Shown here in pieces: positions 22,150 to 34,958 of a DNA stretch of 64,000 bases (positions within the stretch are counted from its first letter, which is position 1; each line of letters opens with the position of its first letter). Source of the stretch: a virus; the IMG/VR virus record IMGVR_UViG_2537562001_000004, one strand, 5' to 3'. The translations under genes were made by a program, and so were the position numbers. Below the pieces are notes generated by a model, which did not search any database, was not told where the DNA came from, and saw only the letters and a program-made list of their open reading frames with translations.

Positions 22150-23620
22150 AAAAAGCCCTGAAAAATCAAGCACTTAAAAGGTGGTTCCGATATTCGATCG
22201 GAGCCATCTTTTTTAATGTCCACTGATAACGATTATAATTATACTCCTCCATATAATCCTTTATGTTGAGCTCAAGGGATTCAAAGGTTTGACAATCTTT
22301 ATAATCTAATTCATCTTTCATATGACCAAAAAAGGATTCCATTGGTGCATTGTCTAAACAATTGCCCCTACGGGACATAGATTGTCTGATCCCCATTTCT
22401 CTTACACGTTTCTGAAATTCAGGGTGTGTATAATGAATACCTTGGTCTGAATGTAGAAGCGCTTCAGGATGAATGACTGCTCCTAATCTATCTTTCAAGT
22501 TATCTAATGTTTGATAGACGATATCCATTCGTAAAGAAGAGGAGACATGATAGGCTAAAATCTCTCGTGTTGTGCTGTCTTTTACACATGATAAATAAGC
22601 CTTCTTTCCTTTTCCATAAAATAAATAGGTAATATCCGTTAATATATTTTTTCAGGCTCTTCTTGATTGAATTGGCGTTTTAAAAGGTTCGGACATGTTT
22701 TATGTTCTTGTGTCGCTTTTGCGATGTGTTTATAAGGATTCGCTCGGCGAATCTTTGTCACAAGATTATATTTACGCATAATACGGTAAATACGTTTGAG
22801 ATTCATACAAATTCCTTTTGTCTTTTCCGACACCATTTTGATAGAACGACCACCACATGTTTTCCCTTTTCGATTAAAAATTTCTTGGATCCATTCATAA
22901 TCTGTTTCATCATTGCGTTCTTTTTCCAGGTGTTTATCTGTCTGATGAAGCCACGCATAGTATCCGCTCCGACTTACCCCAGCCAGTGTGCAAAGATAAC
23001 GCACCATACGTGGGAATTGGAATCGACGTATGGTTTGTTCAATTAGTGTGTATGTTTCTCGTGGTGTTAACGCTTCTTCTGTAACGCCTGCCTTTCGAGT
23101 TCGTCTAACTTTTTTAGGAATGTCAATTCCGCTTCTAAAAACGCAATACGTGCTTCCGCTTTCTTTAATTTTTCAGCAGAAGAGAGAGGTTTTTCCGAAG
23201 GGCGTCCCGTGCTTCCTTTCCCGCGGCGTTCTGTATAAAAGCCTTCCTCACCAAATCGTTCAAAGGTTCTTCGCCAACGTTTCAAGCATTGTTTTGGTTT
23301 CTTCTCACCAATCACAGCTAAGTCGAACCCATTCTCTAAAAAGATTTGGCTAGGACCTTTTCCTTGTTGATTTTCTTTTACCGCTCTTACTTTGAAATCT
23401 GAACAATAGCTAATCGAACGTTCCGATGCTTTTAATACATTTTTATTTTTTTCTAGCTGTTTCATTTGAATTTCGTTAAAAATAATTTTACTCATTCTCC
23501 GTACCTCATTTCTATCGTTGGTTCCATTATAACGAGGTTTTTTTGATAAAAATACACAAAAACCCCGAATCATGGGGCTTTTTTTAGTGTCCATGATTCG
23601 GGGTACAGTTCACTGCAAGG
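22150..23620 (-). mobile_element. IS3-family insertion sequence of a different subgroup. OrfA (23067..23594) is intact. OrfB is broken into 22639..23007 and 22166..22528.
   Basis: OrfA has a helix-turn-helix plus leucine zipper (AEARIAFLEAELTFLKKLDELE). The orfB pieces carry DDE transposase motifs (HSDQGIHYTHPEF, RGNCLDNAPMESFFGHMK). A gap of about 110 bp and a frame change separate the two pieces. The element ends are approximate. Confidence 0.65.
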
Positions 23621-24329
23621 TACCTTTTCTAAGGGATATAACTCATTGTTTGAGCAATCGTTGATCAAATAACGCTTAGACTCTTACATGAATTATAATT
23701 TTATTATACATTAATCATACCAAAATTATTATCAATGGTGAAATTTACTTTAATTATTTATTGTTTCTCTATACTTTTAGTCGCAGCAATACATTTTGTA
23801 TCTCTTATGCTTTAACATTGATATTTTTTCTGCTAGTATCTGTAATTTATTTGATATATTTCCGACACATTTAATAGTATTAAGCCTATTATATTATTTC
23901 ATATAACAGCTAAGACTCGCCTGCAGTACGGTATAGTTCTCTGATCACTTCAATTTTAACTATTGATTCCTAATTTTTTACCATGAACTAAAAAGCTCCA
24001 TTTAAAAGAAAGTTAGTTCATATACAGCAAAAGAAGAACAAACATTCCTGAAAGAGGGATTAGATCTTTGATATAGAAAATTCGTTGTAGTGGGGGATGT
24101 TAATCGTAGTGGTTCAATTGTACTTGCGGCAACCGAATTATTAAAGAACTCTTGGGTAAAAAAGCTGGTAAGATTTTATATTGCTGATTTTATTAGAGTT
24201 AAATTAATTTTAATAACTATATTACAAGTTAAATTAATTTTTCTCAAAGTAGAAAAATTTTTGAGGCGAAACCATTGGCAACCGCTTGTTCTAATGCCAA
24301 GTAGCTCTAATTCCTGATTGGGTCCTAAA

Positions 24330-24620
24330 GAAAGACCTTCTATTGAAAATTTACTGGCATAGTATTAGGAGAATCCCTGGAATGTAATAATACCCTGCAG
24401 CAGAGGACATATTAATGATATGATCCAATTTTTTCTGTAAAAAAACCGGTAGTACCACTCGTGTAACGTGTATTAAACAAAATACATTGGTTTCGAATTG
24501 ATTAAGAATCTGTTCGTCAGTAACATCTTCGAAAGGACGAAACAGACCATAACCAGCGTTATTAACAAGTACATCAATAGAACAAAATACTTTATTGTTT
24601 TTTAACTACTTTTCCATTAG
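24330..24620 (-). pseudogene. Short-chain dehydrogenase/reductase (SDR) fragment
   Basis: The reverse translation contains IDVLVNNAGYGLF, the SDR NNAG motif. No ORF of normal length. Confidence 0.4.
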
Positions 24621-25211
24621 TAGCGACTAAGGACTGAATGTAAAAAGTAGATGAGTCATATCGATAATATAAATATAGTCGCATTAGAAATACATCTAAT
24701 AAAGCGCACCAAATGAAAATTTTTTGGAGTGCTAAATAAAATACCGTAAATTATAAATTACATGTAAAAGCCCTTTAATTCCTGTATAACAAAGAGGAAT
24801 AAGACGCTCACTATGCACAGTATATGTTCTTATACGAGAAAGTCATGATAACCTATATCACATTTTAGGGGATAAGAATCCACATTAAGACGAAATGAAC
24901 AATGAATGTATAACAGTGATATATCCCAAGTTTAAGATAGGGATATATACTTGTATTCGTAACACTGTTTCAATTATATTTCTCAATAAGTTCCAAAAAT
25001 CGGAAATAAAGTGATGATTCATGATGGGATGAACACCGTATTTTTGATGCAAAGTCGTATCGTGATTTCTATAGAAAATAATGTAAATATATAATCGATT
25101 GATAATATCTAAATGTTTTTTAATATAGTATCATTAAAAAATGTGAATAATAAACAAATTAATGAATATGTGAAAAGTCCTGATTTTTCCTGGATATAAA
25201 ACAAAAAAATA

Positions 25212-25814
25212 ATGGAATTAAAGGATCCATATACAAAAGGACATAGTGTGCGCGTTGCAAATTATGCGACTATCCTTGCTAAGGTAACAAATAAATTTAA
25301 TAATATTTCTTTAAAAAGATTTCATTTTACTTGTTTGTTGCATGATATAGGGAAAATAGGTATTCCTGACGAAATTTTAACTAAGGCATCTTCTCTAACA
25401 GAAGATGAATATAACATTATAAAAAAACATCCACAATTAGGATTAGAGGTTTTCAAAAATGTATCTTTACCAAAAGATAATGAAGCCATCATTCTTTCTC
25501 ATCATGAAAGATGGGATGGAAATGGTTATCCTCAAAAATTAAAAGGAAATCAAATACCGTTATGTGCACGAATTGTTGCGATAGCAGATGCGTTCGATGC
25601 AATGACTTCCTCGAGAGTATATCGTTCGGCTTTATCTCCTGACGAAGCTTATAAACGTATCATTGAAGGCTCCGGAGCTCAGTTTGATCCATCACTAGTA
25701 GTGCTTTTCAAAAATGTATTCCCTTTATGGAAAAAAGTGGTTGTTTCACCTCTTAATAAAAATTCATGCCTCGGGTTAATTTTTATTAGAGGGAGACTCA
25801 TCGCTGTAAAGTAG
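25212..25814 (+). CDS. HD-GYP domain protein (c-di-GMP phosphodiesterase type), probably truncated at its N-terminus
   Basis: HDIGKIGIPDEIL and HHERWDGNGYP motifs. The ORF begins at the start of the HD domain with no upstream sensor or receiver domain and no clear ribosome-binding site. Confidence 0.6.
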   Translation: MELKDPYTKGHSVRVANYATILAKVTNKFNNISLKRFHFTCLLHDIGKIGIPDEILTKASSLTEDEYNIIKKHPQLGLEVFKNVSLPKDNEAIILSHHERWDGNGYPQKLKGNQIPLCARIVAIADAFDAMTSSRVYRSALSPDEAYKRIIEGSGAQFDPSLVVLFKNVFPLWKKVVVSPLNKNSCLGLIFIRGRLIAVK

Positions 25815-26085
25815 ATACTTTGCAAGAAGCTGTAGATGATTTATATTATGAGGGCTAATTAACATAAACAATGATTGTGGGAATCTATAATTTTTTAAGT
25901 ATATCTACTATCTAATCAAGGGAATGTTTTTATATCTCAATTAATGTAGAATCTAAATTATGTATTTTTCACATAATAAAATTAAAATTCAATTGAAATA
26001 TATATAACGGTTTAATTTAACGGGAAACAGTGGTGTTTTGTAAGAATAAGAGTTCAGCAAGGCAACATTACTAAACTCTTATTCT

Positions 26086-27201
26086 TTATTTTTTTCCTAT
26101 TCTCCCCAAACTATCTTTAATAGTGGTTTCCCCCAGTTGAGTGTATAATAAAGCTGTATCTTGACTAGTATGCCCAAGTTGCTGCATTACTTGTAACGAG
26201 TCTTTTTCTTCCATATATAATTTATTTGCTAATGTATGTCTTAATTTATGAGGAGACATTCTTTTTCCGAATGATTTAGTATATTTTTCTACTATATCCT
26301 GGATAGCCCTAACCGAAAGAGGTTGTGCAGTATGTTTATATTTCGATAAAAATACATTTTTTAATTCTTTTCTTGGAGCATATTTGCTATCTCTAATTTC
26401 CATATATTTTTCAAGATCATTCAATGCAATTGGGGTAATCCATACTGAATCTTCTTTATTTCCTTTGCGGATTACATCAATTAGTCTTTCTTTTAGGTTT
26501 ATATCCTCCATACGAAGATCGGCTAATTCACTTACACGAATACCACTACCAAGAAAGAGGGAGAGGATAGCTACATCACGATCTTTATCTCTTAGGAAAT
26601 AGAACAACTGATGTTTTGTTAAAGATTTTTCATGTTCGTACTTAACGTAATTCAAAAATTCTTGATCGTCATCATTATGGAATATTTTAGATCTCATACG
26701 TTTCGCACGAGCATTTAATGTTTCTTTATCTTTATGTATTTCTATTTTAGCCATGACATTTCTATAAAAATAACATTCTCCATCATCATTTTCTGATAGG
26801 GAGGTAAGGTACTTAAATAAAGACTTTAAGGCCGAAATTTTTCTGTTAACAGAGGAATTCTGCATGTTTTGTTGTAGTTTTAGAAACCTTATAAAGTTCT
26901 CAACATCTTTTTTCTTTAAATTCTCCAAATCAGAGAAGGATATGTCTTTTATGGGTTTCAATTCAATAATTTGTTCAGATAATAACCAATTAAAGAAGAC
27001 TCTGAAATCATATACATAATTCAGTAGGGTGGAGGGAGAGGCATCATGCAATTCTTTGTACTCCACAAATTCTTCTATGTAAAAGGGCATTTCATTTAGA
27101 TTTTCGTATAATTTCTTACGATGTACGGATTTTTGACGTTGCTTGCTGTAATCCATAAAAATCACCTCATCTATACTATAACAGAAAAAACACACGAACA
27201 C
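26086..27201 (-). CDS. Tyrosine site-specific recombinase (integrase), intact
   Basis: A 371-aa ORF. The C-terminus has a catalytic R..HxxR..Y arrangement (KLRHTLANKLY...LGHTSQDTALLYTQ). It lies in an AT-rich island (23600-29500). Confidence 0.7.
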   Translation of the reverse strand: MFVCFFCYSIDEVIFMDYSKQRQKSVHRKKLYENLNEMPFYIEEFVEYKELHDASPSTLLNYVYDFRVFFNWLLSEQIIELKPIKDISFSDLENLKKKDVENFIRFLKLQQNMQNSSVNRKISALKSLFKYLTSLSENDDGECYFYRNVMAKIEIHKDKETLNARAKRMRSKIFHNDDDQEFLNYVKYEHEKSLTKHQLFYFLRDKDRDVAILSLFLGSGIRVSELADLRMEDINLKERLIDVIRKGNKEDSVWITPIALNDLEKYMEIRDSKYAPRKELKNVFLSKYKHTAQPLSVRAIQDIVEKYTKSFGKRMSPHKLRHTLANKLYMEEKDSLQVMQQLGHTSQDTALLYTQLGETTIKDSLGRIGKK

Positions 27202-28981
27202 AAGTTCGCATAAAATTCAATTTTTACACAGACTTATTTACATAATTAAATTATGGGTGCCAGAATATACCCGAAATTGAATAATCATTGTATTAAAAAT
27301 TATAGATAACCATTTCATAAATTAAAATTACATTATAAAACTAGTAGAAAAATCACATGTGAATGTAGATAAAATAAAGGATTCTTCATACAAAAATCAA
27401 TATGTGGAAACAGTTTAAAAGTTGTTATCAAATATGAATTGATTATTTTAATCATGATTATGAGGAGTTAATTAGATCAACATAAGAAAAAATCTTATAA
27501 ATTAAAATGTAATTTACTATAAAAATTATTAATGAGTAACTCAGCATTTAATAATTTCTATATAAAGTATGAATTATATGGGCACATATCAATACACTAA
27601 GATTAATGCAATTGAGCTCAAAACCCCTAAATACTGTATTAGAGTTGTATATCACCGTATTATTGTTCGTAAAATTGGTATTTCGTGCGGATTTTATATA
27701 AAAACAACCAGCCCTCTTTGTATCCTACTTATTTGGCGATGCGCGAAATAAGTACAGCTTTGCTAATCTGAATTTCATGCTATTTCTTTAAAACTACGGT
27801 TTATGGTGTTATAAATTAAGGTTAATTTTATAGATTCTTCGGCAATAGTAAAATGAATATCCAATATATATACATATAACTTCATTTGCATTTAAATGAA
27901 TTGCCTAAACTAAAGGGACAAGATGTACTGTTTTTATTCCATTATATAGTAAAAAGCTCCCAATCGTACATTTGGGAGCTCCTCAGGCAGAAAAGTAGAT
28001 AAAGTATATCTCATACTCTACTCATATATGTTCGCATAAAAACCCCACTTATTATGATTGAAAATTTCTTTTAATAAAGAAAAATAAAAACATCTCGAAT
28101 TAATATTTTATGCCGCTTATTTACTGAATCTGTTAATTATCATAAGTTGTAAAGCGGGAAATGACCTTTCCGAGATACAAAAGAAAGGCAAGCCCTTTAT
28201 TTTTGAGTATGTTATTGCTAGTAGCTCTTATATATCGATACGTTGTTAATATCTCTGTTCGGAGAACTTTTTCCTTCTCGAAAGGATAGCGAAGCCCTTT
28301 GATCCCATGTAAATCCCAAAAGAAGATCCCGTTATTAGTATTTCTATTACTATTACTTCAATTTCAACATAACAGAGACACAAAGTATTTACCGCTTGGA
28401 TTTAGTCTGATGAATGAATTCAGAATCTTTCCCGTTCCCTCGTGCTCTTTGCCAATTTCACAAGTTCGATTTATCTTATTTTACGCTTTTACATGAAAAA
28501 AAACATGCTTTTCACCTCTCTTTTGATGTAATAATAGTATTGTACAACTTTTCGTTTTATCTAACCTCTCTTGATTTTTAGTTAGAATGATACTTATGTA
28601 TGACCCCCAATTTAAATTGGGGGATTTTTTCTTTGAAATGGATCTCCAGTTTTGGTGCGAAATGTAGCTTTAAAATAAAGTTTGATAAAATTAATGATAA
28701 TGCCGTTGATAATAGACAAATAGAAAGAGCATGTTTTGAAAAAAGATTAATCAAAACATGCTCTTATTTCATCTAATTGCTCAAATATTTTATAGGAAAG
28801 TTTGAGCGTTTCAATGAACCTTCCACAATTAAAGCACCCATTAATTCAATAAAAAGACTTACCAAATCAATATTCCTTCTGTAACCTCTCAATCTAGGTG
28901 TTGAAGGGGTAATTATATGTATCCATATGAATTAAAAAAGCCAAATCTCAATCTGAGATTTGGCTTTTTTAATTTTTCAGT

Positions 28982-29278
28982 TTATTTTAACTCAATATAT
29001 TTTTCACTATCCTCTTCTTTAATTGACTCTTTTGGAGGTACAGTTTGCGTTTCAATTTTTTTCTTACAAAAAATCTCTATAGTTTCCTTTAAATCTTCAA
29101 TAACAGCTTGCATGTTTTCTTTTATTTCGGTACTTTCACTGATTTCATTCATTTTTGATTTTGTTGTTGCTGCTGCATTTTTAACTTTCTCACGGTTTTC
29201 TTTTTTAAACATGGAAATAGCTACACCGACCGCTACAAAAATCACAATATTTCGAGTTATATTATTTTTATCTGTCAT
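28982..29278 (-). CDS. Small membrane-anchored coiled-coil protein (YtxH-like or general-stress-like), hypothetical
   Basis: A 98-aa ORF with an N-terminal transmembrane segment (IVIFVAVGVAISMF) and a charged helical remainder. A terminator hairpin lies at 28925-28965. Confidence 0.35.
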   Translation of the reverse strand: MTDKNNITRNIVIFVAVGVAISMFKKENREKVKNAAATTKSKMNEISESTEIKENMQAVIEDLKETIEIFCKKKIETQTVPPKESIKEEDSEKYIELK

Positions 29279-29849
29279 ATTCTCTCATCCTTCTCCTATA
29301 TATATAATAAATTTTTTTGTCTAAAAGGTAGTTTAAAAATCTCATCTATTTAAAGAAAACATACACGCTATTTTTGAGATTGCTACCTTACTCTTATTTG
29401 TATAATCTCATGATATTCATATTTAAAACGATGAGAATTTTCTTTAAATAAGGAAAAATTAATATCTTTTTTGAAGTACATAGAGATTTGAAATACTTTA
29501 TTCCTTATATAAACAAAAACGGAATTTGCAACCAAACTGCGTTTTTTCAACATACAATGAATTACAAAAATTATTCATTGTTGATCAAATCATTGGCATT
29601 ACAATAATACCTGGTTCTATAAAATTCACTCGGATTTTATCTCTACCAACCTCTACAGCCGCTGATTTAGATAAAACACGAAGTGCACCTCTATTAGATG
29701 TATATGTTGCACATGACATCTTCAAATTGTGTTTCTAAGTAAGGTCTTCATTTTGGCAGGCATATTTGAAATGGTAGAAAGGCTGAAGGCTCGAAATTTC
29801 CTTTTAGTAATCACATAATCACGTTATTTCTCATGCCAAAATGTATAAA

Positions 29850-30570
29850 AATAGCATCAGCGATACAATGACTGATTTACCTTGCATCTTTTTCTTTGTA
29901 TTAAGAACAACTCCAAAATCATGAGAATTGTATATCTTAACAGTCTTGCCATTGTATGGTTGATTAAGTACATCATTTTCTCTCGGATCACCTGCTGAAT
30001 TTGTTCACGAACAAATTCAGCAGTATACGGTTTGTATTGAAAGGCTGATTGGAACTTAGCCGCTCCCTTCATTTTCCACTTCTTCTCTACTGCAATCAAT
30101 CCTAGATTTGGGAATCTTGATAAACACAAGTCCAAAATCCGCTTCTTCTAGGTCGATGACCATATCGAAATAATTGGCTACAACGGTTAACTCAACAGGA
30201 TGATATAACTTTTCATGGATTGCTGAACCCCAGCTGCTTTCGATTCAGGTAGGTATTATTTAATAATATATATTTTTTTACACCCCTTTATAGGTAGTGT
30301 CTATCCTTTATTTTTCAACAGAACGATTGATTTTTGTTGTGCTTCATAACCTGCTTTTGAAAACCCTGGACACTTTACAATTTTCCCACTTTTTTCGGGC
30401 TGCAAGTATGGCTTTTCGAATAAGTCGAGATGAAATATGTTTAGTAGCAAACTTACTGCCGATTTTTCAAAACGTGATCTAATAAATTCTTCTCCGTGTT
30501 CTTTGGCACCCATTTGATAAGCTGCTAGTACAGGAGACACTTCATTATTTCCACCGGATTGATCCATTAA
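29850..30570 (-). pseudogene. GH3 (beta-glucosidase or beta-hexosaminidase) fragments
   Basis: ORF 30301..30567 ends in ..KSIVLLKNKG, typical of GH3 N-terminal domains. ORF 29857..30135 is another fragment. Multiple frame breaks. Confidence 0.4.
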
Positions 30571-30716
30571 ACAAAATTATTTACAGTTTATCAATACACC
30601 AAACCCTGTAATATCAAGGTTTTTCTTGCTCTTATTTTTACTGAAATAAGTGTACTATTCTAAACATATGTTACCGAAATCATTACCACTACCCCCTAAT
30701 TTAATTGCTAGGAGTT

Positions 30717-30941
30717 TTATTTTTTTGCATATTGGTATCTCACTCTTACTTTATCAACTGATAGTATATTAGCTAATTTCAGCATTCTAACTTGTTGTTT
30801 CTTCATGCATAACACTAATACACGATCTTCATATATTTTTCTAACAATCACTGTCCTTTGAGAGAAATCTCCTGAACTTTTTAAATACATTAATTCGATT
30901 GGTATTTTTTGATTCAGTGAATATTTGAGTAGATGATTCAT
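30717..30941 (-). CDS. Hypothetical 74-aa protein, paralog of 38283..38498
   Basis: About 75% identical to ORF 38283..38498 (MNHLLK.SL.QKIPI.L.YLK..GDFSQRTVIVRKIYEDRVLV.CM.KQQVR.LK.ANILSVDKVR). Confidence 0.5.
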   Translation of the reverse strand: MNHLLKYSLNQKIPIELMYLKSSGDFSQRTVIVRKIYEDRVLVLCMKKQQVRMLKLANILSVDKVRVRYQYAKK

Positions 30942-31138
30942 GCGACAATCTCAACCAGAACGTTTGTCCGTTCATAATCATAGCACGCACGTTCTGTTTT
31001 TGGAGCTTCTATAAGGAGAATTCGTACAATTCAAGTATATATATTTTCAGTTATTAAAGAAAAACATACAACTATATCCCTTTCAACTATGATAAAATCC
31101 AACGTGAATCTTGTATCTTCAGAATTGGAGGTTACTCA

Positions 31139-31630
31139 ATGAAAAAAGTATTACTATCATTAGCTTGTAGCGTTTTATTAACAGGCTTAGCGGCATGTGG
31201 ATCTAATGAAAAAGCGGACAGTGATGTTCAAGTAAACGAAAACATTCAACAAGAACAACAAAAACCAGAAGAAAATGAACCACCACAAAAAGAATTGAAC
31301 GATACAATGAAAAGAGAAGCTGTACGAGGTGAATTCGTAGAATTCAATAATGATACTCCCTCGAAAAAGAAGGAAGTATTCTTCGAAGGAAAGATTGATA
31401 AGTTAATATCTTCAACTGGTGAGAAAGAATTACGACTGAATGATTACTTCATGTTAAAAACACAAGAAAATGATGGCATTGGATTGTTTAAAATTTTTAA
31501 TGGCGATATAGATAATACAAAGAGAGAACATTTCAAGGAGGGTGATACAGTTCGTGTATATGGAATCTTTCTGGGGAAAGATGAACTTGGGTTTCCTACC
31601 ATTGGAACAACTCTCATAGAAAGGATGTAA
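31139..31630 (+). CDS. Lipoprotein
   Basis: A signal peptide with lipobox LTGLAAC. A 163-aa ORF with a ribosome-binding site (ggaggt). A terminator-like sequence follows. Confidence 0.7.
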   Translation: MKKVLLSLACSVLLTGLAACGSNEKADSDVQVNENIQQEQQKPEENEPPQKELNDTMKREAVRGEFVEFNNDTPSKKKEVFFEGKIDKLISSTGEKELRLNDYFMLKTQENDGIGLFKIFNGDIDNTKREHFKEGDTVRVYGIFLGKDELGFPTIGTTLIERM

Positions 31631-31736
31631 CAATTATGGAGTTTGAATTTCAAAAAAATTATAGAATTAGTTCCTACGTTAAGGGGAATTTAAGCAAAAA
31701 AGGAACTCAATAGATTGTTTTTTTCATTAACGGACC

Positions 31737-31810
31737 TTTAGCTCAGCTGGTCAAAGCAAACGGCTCACAACCGTTCGGTCATAGGTCGAATCCTACAAAA
31801 TCCATATAAC
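31737..31810 (+). pseudogene. Degenerate tRNA(CAT)-derived pseudogene
   Basis: ggacctttagctcagctggtcaaagcaaacggctcacaaccgttcggtcataggtcgaatcctacaaaatcca. The acceptor and T stems are broken and the anticodon has mutated to CAC. Confidence 0.55.
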
Positions 31811-32531
31811 AAAAAAGAGCCCTCGACATTACTATCATCCTAACAACAAAAAGAGCTGAAACTCCTATTTGAGTCCTAGCTCTTTTTGTTAATTATTTTA
31901 CATAAAAAAAGCTCCCAACGGTACATTTGGGAGCTTCCAAGATAAAATATATTGTCAATTCTAATAATGGGTTCACAAATATGATCTCACAAAATTATTA
32001 TCTAAGGTGATAGAAATTTTCCTTCAATCAAGAAAATAAAGTTATCTAAACATAGAGATTCAATGATAGAATTTACATTGCAAAGACGGGAAATGACATC
32101 TATTACCGTGACACGAAGAAAGAGCCTATTCTCATATAGAGATTAGGCTCTTCTATTTTACTATCACATATAAAAAGCCCTAAATGGAACCAATGATAGC
32201 CCTTACAAAAGGGGTACTACTTAGGTAGAAAAGGAAAGTAACATAACAATACTTCCCTTTTGTAAAAAATATCAAATATATACATAAAAAATCGCTGTAC
32301 TATTTCATCTAATAAAGAAAAAATCCATCGCATAACTTTTCGTTTCATTTCATATATATAATATATTTATTAAGCTAATCCTTTCAATAAAAAAAGCCAG
32401 AACTCTTTCCTTTTGAGTCCTGGCTTTTTTATCTATTTCACAATTACATAGGATTTACTAGCTGTAATGTAATACACATTTCATTTCGAATTATGAACTT
32501 TATACTGTGGCGCACCATCTACCATGACTTT

Positions 32532-33258
32532 CTAATCAATAGTAAACTCTAAACCTTTAGTTACAATTCCAGCAATGTCTTCATCCGCCCAAGAAGGTTT
32601 TGAATAGAATCGTAATTTCTCCACCTTAAAAACAACACGTTTACCTGCTACACTACTTGAAGGTGGAACTGATGACCCACTATGATTACCAGTAAACCAC
32701 TCTAAAGGCTTATCACCATTTAATAGATTCATATCAACATCTCCTAGTATACCTGCCATTTTCCCTTTATTTGTATACTGCCAAAGATCACATGAGAAGT
32801 CTGGCTTCACTTGTGGTGTTCCGTTATTTGTTCCATAGCGCGGAATCCAAATAAAGTCAGCTTGGTACACTCTGTAAATTATATTTGTTGTATAAATGAT
32901 GTGAGACATAAAAGTCCACTTTATACCCAGTTGCTCTGCATGTGTTAATAAAAAACTGCGAAGCCTTTACTGTATGATCTTCCACATCTAAGACTAAAAA
33001 CTTCACAGCAGGATCTATTCTCGATAAGAAGTCTTTCGCTTCTACAATTGCGTCACTCACACTTACAAAACATCCATAAGCATAATGTCCAAACGGAATG
33101 CCGTAGGCTTTACATCCCGTAATGTTTCGTTGATATTTACGGTCTATCAGATTACTTCCATATTGCACAAGAATAATAGTCATTTTGATGTATTGATGTG
33201 CAACACTCCAATCAATGTCTTCATTATGATGTGATAAATCTACGATTGTTTTTTTCAT
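32532..33258 (-). pseudogene. Phage endolysin, GH25 muramidase plus SH3b, frameshifted (ORFs 32857..33258 and 32532..32909 overlap)
   Basis: DLSHHNEDIDW and GIPFGHYAYG (GH25). The C-terminus is SH3b ([28 protein letters not shown]). The two ORFs sit in different frames. Confidence 0.75.
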
Positions 33259-33298
33259 TATTTAACATCCCCTTCAAAAATTATTTATTTAATTTCTG

Positions 33299-33825
33299 TT
33301 ACATCCTTAGACAATGAACCAAAAGCCTTAGCTTGTTCTTCAATGACACCTTGGTTTTTTCGATAACTTTTTGATATTGTAATTCCTGCTGTTCATTTTT
33401 TTGCGAAGTAATAAGCATCCTCAAGAATAAAACTGCAAATGATCCTTGTTGAATGAGGGGATCTAAAAATTGTTCATTCACCGTTTTCATCTCCTTTCAA
33501 ACAAAAAAGCCTGCTTCTGCACGCCTGATTTCATAAATTATGCTAACTGAACCGTTAAAACAGATGTTGTATCAATTGCATCTTTCCAAAAGATTTTTAA
33601 ATTACTTGTATCGATTGTAAAGTCCTCAATTAATCTTTGTTTATCTTTTGATACCGAATATATCAACTTCGCTGCTGTATGGTTCGATCCTCCAGCCATA
33701 AGACTCTTTACCGCAATTGGATACTTTATAATACCCTTATTGATGTTATGGACAGTAAGTAATAACGCTGGGTTATCTAGTGCGTTTTGATCCGATAAGT
33801 TCAATCGTAAGCGCTCAAAAATCAA
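33299..33825 (-). CDS. Two small ORFs upstream of the endolysin, possibly a holin-like lysis cassette
   Basis: The only support is their position directly upstream of the endolysin. ORF 33299..33490 has a hydrophobic stretch. Confidence 0.25.
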
Positions 33826-33929
33826 GTGTTATATTATCCCACCTGTCTTAATACCTAACCATCAATAATATCATTACAAGCAGGGTGTGATGATATTATT
33901 GATGGTTAATAGAATCATTATGTAAACTA

Positions 33930-34090
33930 GATTTTGAGTTTGCTTTGTTATTTTTCATCGTCTTCAATTGCTCCATTTCCTTCTCAATCATCCTGTCAAT
34001 CTCTCGTTTTTTATGAATCATTTCGTTAAATGCATTTATAGTAAATGAACCCCCATACTAACAATTACAATGAATAGTATTTCTTTTATC
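33930..34090 (-). pseudogene. Degenerate copy of the small transmembrane protein gene. A box motif lies at 34141-34200 and an M3 module at 34276-34385 upstream.
   Basis: The reverse strand carries ...gagaaggaaatggagcaattgaag.. (EKEMEQLK) with multiple stops. Confidence 0.4.
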
Positions 34091-34728
34091 CCATCACTCT
34101 CCTTTTCACAAAAAATAGAGAAATCATTTGATAACTCTTACTTAGCGCCAGCCACCGTAACGATTAGAGGCACTCACTATACGTCTTGGTATATGAGATA
34201 TTACATAAAATAAAAAGCCCTGTTCTTCAATTAAAAAAACATGGCTTCTTATCGGAATTGCTTATATTATTTTATGGTGTTTCCACACCTTTCAACGTAC
34301 AGCAGATTGTGAGTCAATTCCAAATAGTGAGCGCCGGTTTTTTGATACTATCTCGCTATACGCTCAAAGGAAGAGAAATCCTTCCCCGTATATGAAGTTG
34401 CTAGTGAAGGCGCAAATTCATTTCCAACACTTGCATTATCACATAAAGCTATTCCCAAAAATGTTTCTATTTTTTATTTATTGGCGAAAAAACAGGTCTT
34501 CTTCCAGACCCCTTAATCATCTGATTACTTTTGATATAGAAAAACCCCCAATCATTTTGAGTCTTTAGAATGATTGGGGGGGTGAAAAAAACAGAGAGTT
34601 TATATAAAATGGGAACGTTATGAATGTTATATCCACTTATTCACTCTCAAACTTCTTCCAATCGCTAAATACCATATATTTAAACATTAGTAATTAATCG
34701 GAAGAATACTCGGGTAACTGTGAACCCG

Positions 34729-34833
34729 TGGTGTTTTCCGCACCTTTCAACGTACAGCACGAGAGAGGAAAATATTTCTTGAAAGGTGCATCTATTAACC
34801 TTGCTGTACGCTCAAAGGAAGGGAAAGCCTTCC
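34729..34833 (-). ncRNA. Isolated M3 hairpin module, reverse orientation. A partial M2 lies at 34900-35040.
   Basis: ggtgttttccgcacctttcaacgtacagca-[loop]-tgctgtacgctcaaaggaagggaaagccttcc. Confidence 0.5.
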
Positions 34834-34958
34834 TATTCAGCGTAAAATATTAAATTTTCAACAAGAATACTTAAAATAACCTCCGTGTCATCCTCAATTA
34901 TTCTCACTTAAAAAATATCACAAACACAGCTTTAAAAATACTTCTGTTTTTTCGTATA

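Noticed and set aside
24180-24250. Tandem direct repeat gttaaattaatttt (two copies) as a possible iteron or minisatellite
   Set aside because: Only two copies in very AT-rich DNA. Too little to call. It is mentioned only under the island finding.
34186-34395. ORF-track entries overlapping repeats or lying antisense to real genes (34186..34395, 7315..7554, 6169..6372, 15039..15224, 15325..15516, 35706..36076, 42162..42506, 43493..43693, 44883..45291, 55243..55710, 28917..29324 and others)
   Set aside because: They lie inside or antisense to better-supported genes or structured repeats. They have no ribosome-binding sites and low-complexity translations.
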